From Paramoeba atlantica (lineage: Eukaryota; Protista; Discosea), in NCBI GenBank assembly GCA_977017575.1, contig CDRNVI010000022.1, forward strand, positions 92,424-156,423: a DNA stretch of 64,000 nt, given 5' to 3'. The notes beneath the pieces are model-generated. The model was given only the letters and a program-made list of their open reading frames with translations, made no database searches and was not told the origin of the DNA. The translations under genes were made by a program, and so were the position numbers. Below are positions 57,001-64,000 of the stretch, piece after piece (position 1 is the first letter of the stretch; each line of letters opens with the position of its first letter).

Positions 57001-60000
57001 CTTCGTGCTGAAATAGGACTGTCAGTAGAGGCTTAAGCCTCTACCAAAGGATCCGCTGGGTCCTCTACGCGGATGCGCGAAACCATCATCCTGGCTTGAG
57101 AACGCATTAGCGTCACGTTCAGATCTGTTAGGAGATCGTTTCGCGCTTGGTCTCGTGAAAGGAGCCCTTTGGATGCGTTCGCCCGTTGGGTTCCGATGTC
57201 CCGGAGTAACGCTAGCGCACTCTCGCTCCAGGAACCAAAGGATTCCACCACCATCGCTGTGAAGAGGTGTCCTGCTTTTTCTGCTTCTTGTCGCTGTCGC
57301 GCCTTGGTCTCCGCGAAGTGCTCGGCAAAAGACCCCGGGGTCACCCAGCTAGCATTGTGGACTGAGTCCACAATTCTTTTTTTTTTTTTTTTTTTTAGCA
57401 ATTTCATATTTTGGAGCCGAAAACTAGCAATTCGATCTCCGAATTTTTTTTTTTTTTTTTTTTTTTTACTCAGTAGACGAACCAAGTAGGTCCATTGGGG
57501 GGGTATATGATTTGTAAACAAGCAATCAAATTAGCAATTTCACATGTTGTAGCCCAAAACTAATAATTCAACCTGCCTTAAGTTACAGTATTTATGATTT
57601 TGATAACAATAATAATAAAAAGAAGCAATTTATGCCCAATTCATTCGCGCGTTCCGGACCGGGTCTTTCGACCACTCCTCGGCCTGACTTGTGAACTCTT
57701 CCCTTGTTATATGGGAGGGCGCAGGCGCGGGCTTGTGCCGACAGCGGCACGGTCGCGAAACAGGGTGCTGGCCGACGGGGAGGAAGTTTTAGTTCCCGAC
57801 CCATGTCCTACCTCACTTGGAGTACCTAGCCCTTGAGGGCTAGGCGTGAGCATAGACCCTGTCGGCATCGACCAGCATCCAGGCCAGCCATCTATGAGGG
57901 CGCAAACGTGGGTCTGTGCTGACTGCCGTCCGGTCAGGAAACGTTTACTCCCCCAAGCAAGAAAACGGGTCATCAGGGAGAAGGCGATTAACCATCATGC
58001 GGGCCTGAAGGCGCATGAGGGTCACGTTTAACTCCGTGAAGATTCTGCTCGTCGCCCCCCCTTCTGTCAATAACCCGCACGAGGGTCTTTTTTTTTTTTT
58101 TTTTTTTGACGCAGAATCAATCTACTCAATCGTAATTTACATCTCGCGGATGACCCCGTTTTTTTTTTTTAGATACTTTTTAAAGTTAGGCTCAGAATAG
58201 AAACAAGCAACTGTACGAAAAGTAAAAGAATGTTCAACCGAGCAAACGGCCCAAAAAACAGCAAATAAGAACCCTTTCCCACCCCCAAGAAAAACCTTCC
58301 CCAAAAAACGAATACCCAAAGCCCCAAAAAGAAACCACCCGAGAAAACCAGCAAATAGAAACGATTTTTTTTTTTTTTTATATACAGAATCTTTGTCAGA
58401 CTGTGGTGCTTTAACCTCGTGATCTGGGCCGATGAGCACCCGAGAGTGATTCATTTCTTCGTCGCTTCCATCTTCGCGTCCTGTGTCGGGTGTCGATTTT
58501 CCGTGTGAAATCGAATCAGCTTTTTTGCACCAGTCTTCAGGGATATTTGTAGGAATGGGAGTGGTGTATAGAAGTTCGTTGTAGGTACTCGGCTGGTTAA
58601 TCAGGTGCGCATTACCTTCAAATTGATCCCAGGATCCTGTTTTATGAGTCGACTCCTCTTCGACGGTCATATAGAAGGAACCGCGTACCTGGAAAAAGAT
58701 GGAATAAGGAAAATAATTCAACAAGGTACAGAAACTGTATCTTTATCGTTAAAGGAGGTCTTTTTTTTTGCAGTTAATAAGGGGGGAGAAGTATGAATCG
58801 CGGCATTGCCTCTATATGTTGACCCAGTAGACGAACCAAGTACATAGTAGGTCCATTGGGGGGGGTATATGAATTTAAAACAAGCAATCAAATTAGCAAA
58901 TCTTTTTATTTCCACAGAAGTATATTTTCTTTTTCTTTTTTCTTAGCCCAAAACTAGCAATTCAATCTCCCCTAAGTATATACGACAAACAAGACACAGT
59001 AAAAATAAAAACAAGCAATCCAGGCCCAATCCATTCGCGCGTTCCGGACCGGGTCTTTCGACCACTCCACGGCCTGACTTGTGAACCCGTCCCTTGCTAT
59101 ACGGGAGGGCGCAGGCGCGGGCCTGTGTCGACAGCGACACGGTCGCGAAACAGGATGCTGGCCGACGGGGAGGAGATTCACTGCCCGTGTACTACCTCAC
59201 TTGGGGTACCTAGCCCTCGCGGGCTAGGCGTGAGCATAGACTCTGTCGACCCGACCAGCACCCGTCCTGGATACCATGGCGTCTTCGTGCTGAAATAGGA
59301 CTGTCAGTAGAGGCTTAAGCCTCTACCAAAGGATCCGCTGGGTCCTCTACGCGGATGCGCGAAACCATCATCCTGGCTTGAGAACGCATTAGCGTCACGT
59401 TCAGATCTGTTAGGAGATCGTTTCGCGCTTGGTCTCGTGAAAGGAGCCCTTTGGATGCGTTCGCCCGTTGGGTTCCGATGTCCCGGAGTAACGCTAGCGC
59501 ACTCTCGCTCCAGGAACCAAAGGATTCCACCACCATCGCTGTGAAGAGGTGTCCTGCTTTTTCTGCTTCTTGTCGCTGTCGCGCCTTGGTCTCCGCGAAG
59601 TGCTCGGCAAAAGACCCCGGGGTCACCCAGCTAGCATTGTGGACTGAGTCCACAATTCTTTTTTTTTTTTTTTTTTTTTAGCAATTTCATATTTTGGAGC
59701 CCAAAACTAGCAATTCGATCTCCGAATTTTTTTTTTTTTTTTTTTTTTTTACTCAGTAGACGAACCAAGTAGGTCCATTGGGGGGGTATATGATTTGTAA
59801 ACAAGCAATCAAATTAGCAATTTCACATGTTGTAGCCCAAAACTAATAATTCAACCTGCCTTAAGTTACAGTATTTATGATTTTGATAACAATAATAATA
59901 AAAAGAAGCAATTTATGCCCAATTCATTCGCGCGTTCCGGACCGGGTCTTTCGACCACTCCTCGGCCTGACTTGTGAACTCTTCCCTTGTTATATGGGAG

Positions 60001-63000
60001 GGCGCAGGCGCGGGCTTGTGCCGACAGCGGCACGGTCGCGAAACAGGGTGCTGGCCGACGGGGAGGAAGTTTTAGTTCCCGACCCATGTCCTACCTCACT
60101 TGGAGTACCTAGCCCTTGAGGGCTAGGCGTGAGCATAGACCCTGTCGGCATCGACCAGCATCCAGGCCAGCCATCTATGAGGGCGCAAACGTGGGTCTGT
60201 GCTGACTGCCGTCCGGTCAGGAAACGTTTACTCCCCCAAGCAAGAAAACGGGTCATCAGGGAGAAGGCGATTAACCATCATGCGGGCCTGAAGGCGCATG
60301 AGGGTCACGTTTAACTCCGTGAAGATTCTGCTCGTCGCCCCCCCTTCTGTCAATAACCCGCACGAGGGTCTTTTTTTTTTTTTTTTTTTTGACGCAGAAT
60401 CAATCTACTCAATCGTAATTTACATCTCGCGGATGACCCCGTTTTTTTTTTTTAGATACTTTTTAAAGTTAGGCTCAGAATAGAAACAAGCAACTGTACG
60501 AAAAGTAAAAGAATGTTCAACCGAGCAAACGGCCCAAAAAACAGCAAATAAGAACCCTTTCCCACCCCCAAGAAAAACCTTCCCCAAAAAACGAATACCC
60601 AAAGCCCCAAAAAGAAACCACCCGAGAAAACCAGCAAATAGAAACGATTTTTTTTTTTTTTATATACAGAATCTTTGTCAGACTGTGGTGCTTTAACCTC
60701 GTGATCTGGGCCGATGAGCACCCGAGAGTGATTCATTTCTTCGTCGCTTCCATCTTCGCGTCCTGTGTCGGGTGTCGATTTTCCGTGTGAAATCGAATCA
60801 GCTTTTTTGCACCAGTCTTCAGGGATATTTGTAGGAATGGGAGTGGTGTATAGAAGTTCGTTGTAGGTACTCGGCTGGTTAATCAGGTGCGCATTACCTT
60901 CAAATTGATCCCAGGATCCTGTTTTATGAGTCGACTCCTCTTCGACGGTCATATAGAAGGAACCGCGTACCTGGAAAAAGATGGAATAAGGAAAATAATT
61001 CAACAAGGTACAGAAACTGTATCTTTATCGTTAAAGGAGGTCTTTTTTTTTGCAGTTAATAAGGGGGGAGAAGTATGAATCGCGGCATTGCCTCTATATG
61101 TTGACCCAGTAGACGAACCAAGTACATAGTAGGTCCATTGGGGGGGGTATATGAATTTAAAACAAGCAATCAAATTAGCAAATCTTTTTATTTCCACAGA
61201 AGTATATTTTCTTTTTCTTTTTTCTTAGCCCAAAACTAGCAATTCAATCTCCCCTAAGTATATACGACAAACAAGACACAGTAAAAATAAAAACAAGCAA
61301 TCCAGGCCCAATCCATTCGCGCGTTCCGGACCGGGTCTTTCGACCACTCCACGGCCTGACTTGTGAACCCGTCCCTTGCTATACGGGAGGGCGCAGGCGC
61401 GGGCCTGTGTCGACAGCGACACGGTCGCGAAACAGGATGCTGGCCGACGGGGAGGAGATTCACTGCCCGTGTACTACCTCACTTGGGGTACCTAGCCCTC
61501 GCGGGCTAGGCGTGAGCATAGACTCTGTCGACCCGACCAGCACCCGTCCTGGATACCATGGCGTCTTCGTGCTGAAATAGGACTGTCAGTAGAGGCTTAA
61601 GCCTCTACCAAAGGATCCGCTGGGTCCTCTACGCGGATGCGCGAAACCATCATCCTGGCTTGAGAACGCATTAGCGTCACGTTCAGATCTGTTAGGAGAT
61701 CGTTTCGCGCTTGGTCTCGTGAAAGGAGCCCTTTGGATGCGTTCGCCCGTTGGGTTCCGATGTCCCGGAGTAACGCTAGCGCACTCTCGCTCCAGGAACC
61801 AAAGGATTCCACCACCATCGCTGTGAAGAGGTGTCCTGCTTTTTCTGCTTCTTGTCGCTGTCGCGCCTTGGTCTCCGCGAAGTGCTCGGCAAAAGACCCC
61901 GGGGTCACCCAGCTAGCATTGTGGACTGAGTCCACAATTCTTTTTTTTTTTTTTTTTTTTTAGCAATTTCATATTTTGGAGCCGAAAACTAGCAATTCGA
62001 TCTCCGAATTTTTTTTTTTTTTTTTTTTTTTACTCAGTAGACGAACCAAGTAGGTCCATTGGGGGGGTATATGATTTGTAAACAAGCAATCAAATTAGCA
62101 ATTTCACATGTTGTAGCCCAAAACTAATAATTCAACCTGCCTTAAGTTACAGTATTTATGATTTTGATAACAATAATAATAAAAAGAAGCAATTTATGCC
62201 CAATTCATTCGCGCGTTCCGGACCGGGTCTTTCGACCACTCCTCGGCCTGACTTGTGAACTCTTCCCTTGTTATATGGGAGGGCGCAGGCGCGGGCTTGT
62301 GCCGACAGCGGCACGGTCGCGAAACAGGGTGCTGGCCGACGGGGAGGAAGTTTTAGTTCCCGACCCATGTCCTACCTCACTTGGAGTACCTAGCCCTTGA
62401 GGGCTAGGCGTGAGCATAGACCCTGTCGGCATCGACCAGCATCCAGGCCAGCCATCTATGAGGGCGCAAACGTGGGTCTGTGCTGACTGCCGTCCGGTCA
62501 GGAAACGTTTACTCCCCCAAGCAAGAAAACGGGTCATCAGGGAGAAGGCGATTAACCATCATGCGGGCCTGAAGGCGCATGAGGGTCACGTTTAACTCCG
62601 TGAAGATTCTGCTCGTCGCCCCCCCTTCTGTCAATAACCCGCACGAGGGTCTTTTTTTTTTTTTTTTTTTTGACGCAGAATCAATCTACTCAATCGTAAT
62701 TTACATCTCGCGGATGACCCCGTTTTTTTTTTTTAGATACTTTTTAAAGTTAGGCTCAGAATAGAAACAAGCAACTGTACGAAAAGTAAAAGAATGTTCA
62801 ACCGAGCAAACGGCCCAAAAAACAGCAAATAAGAACCCTTTCCCACCCCCAAGAAAAACCTTCCCCAAAAAACGAATACCCAAAGCCCCAAAAAGAAACC
62901 ACCCGAGAAAACCAGCAAATAGAAACGATTTTTTTTTTTTTTATATACAGAATCTTTGTCAGACTGTGGTGCTTTAACCTCGTGATCTGGGCCGATGAGC

Positions 63001-64000
63001 ACCCGAGAGTGATTCATTTCTTCGTCGCTTCCATCTTCGCGTCCTGTGTCGGGTGTCGATTTTCCGTGTGAAATCGAATCAGCTTTTTTGCACCAGTCTT
63101 CAGGGATATTTGTAGGAATGGGAGTGGTGTATAGAAGTTCGTTGTAGGTACTCGGCTGGTTAATCAGGTGCGCATTACCTTCAAATTGATCCCAGGATCC
63201 TGTTTTATGAGTCGACTCCTCTTCGACGGTCATATAGAAGGAACCGCGTACCTGGAAAAAGATGGAATAAGGAAAATAATTCAACAAGGTACAGAAACTG
63301 TATCTTTATCGTTAAAGGAGGTCTTTTTTTTTGCAGTTAATAAGGGGGGAGAAGTATGAATCGCGGCATTGCCTCTATATGTTGACCCAGTAGACGAACC
63401 AAGTACATAGTAGGTCCATTGGGGGGGGTATATGAATTTAAAACAAGCAATCAAATTAGCAAATCTTTTTATTTCCACAGAAGTATATTTTCTTTTTCTT
63501 TTTTCTTAGCCCAAAACTAGCAATTCAATCTCCCCTAAGTATATACGACAAACAAGACACAGTAAAAATAAAAACAAGCAATCCAGGCCCAATCCATTCG
63601 CGCGTTCCGGACCGGGTCTTTCGACCACTCCACGGCCTGACTTGTGAACCCGTCCCTTGCTATACGGGAGGGCGCAGGCGCGGGCCTGTGTCGACAGCGA
63701 CACGGTCGCGAAACAGGATGCTGGCCGACGGGGAGGAGATTCACTGCCCGTGTACTACCTCACTTGGGGTACCTAGCCCTCGCGGGCTAGGCGTGAGCAT
63801 AGACTCTGTCGACCCGACCAGCACCCGTCCTGGATACCATGGCGTCTTCGTGCTGAAATAGGACTGTCAGTAGAGGCTTAAGCCTCTACCAAAGGATCCG
63901 CTGGGTCCTCTACGCGGATGCGCGAAACCATCATCCTGGCTTGAGAACGCATTAGCGTCACGTTCAGATCTGTTAGGAGATCGTTTCGCGCTTGGTCTCG
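45064..64000 (-). repeat. Tandem array of a ~2,282 bp composite retroelement unit, 8 complete copies plus a partial one, continuing past the window edge
   Basis: SL-to-SL spacing is 2280, 2286, 2285, 2279, 2279, 2282, 2282 and 2281 bp. Differences are homopolymer lengths and a few SNVs. Confidence 0.97.

Noticed and set aside
45064-64000. CRISPR array or prokaryotic origin
   Set aside because: The units are 2.28 kb near-identical copies with no unique spacers and no cas genes; poly(A) tails and SL exons indicate a eukaryote. The TTG/GTG starts in the ORF track are not meaningful here.

Overview
This window is eukaryotic, not prokaryotic, and consists almost entirely of nested retroelements; I found no ordinary host gene. 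It carries 14 DNA copies of a euglenozoan-type spliced-leader (SL) exon (CTTTAACGATAAAGATACAGTTTCTGTACCTTGTTG) and two gag-YR-RT/RNaseH elements of the VIPER/TATE layout, which points to a kinetoplastid or diplonemid. Main contents: (1) two diverged VIPER/TATE-like tyrosine-recombinase retrotransposons (<1-7.4 kb and 36.7-42.0 kb); (2) an APE-RT-RNaseH LINE inserted in the first YR gene; (3) CRE/SLACS-like RT-REL elements with a YLDD motif (here called families A, B, D, H plus short 3' fragments), joined head-to-tail through poly(A) into a plus-strand chain (12.4-31.2 kb) and a minus-strand chain (42.9-64 kb); (4) a second RT-REL lineage (family C, six copies), three of which sit inside other elements with 6-8 bp target-site duplications (TSDs); (5) a structured SINE-like element (2 copies); (6) a TSD-less ~440 bp AT-rich insertion family; (7) a tandem array of at least 8.3 copies of a 2.28 kb composite unit running off the right edge. 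The most interesting signals are SL-led elements chained upstream of each other's SL, an Ataxin-2 LsmAD-like domain in family A that is retained in every array unit, a conserved putative -1 frameshift with ~1 kb of dual coding in the YR elements, a covarying ~250 nt 3'UTR RNA, and the TSD-less insertion family. All family assignments come from motif recognition by eye; no database search was run.
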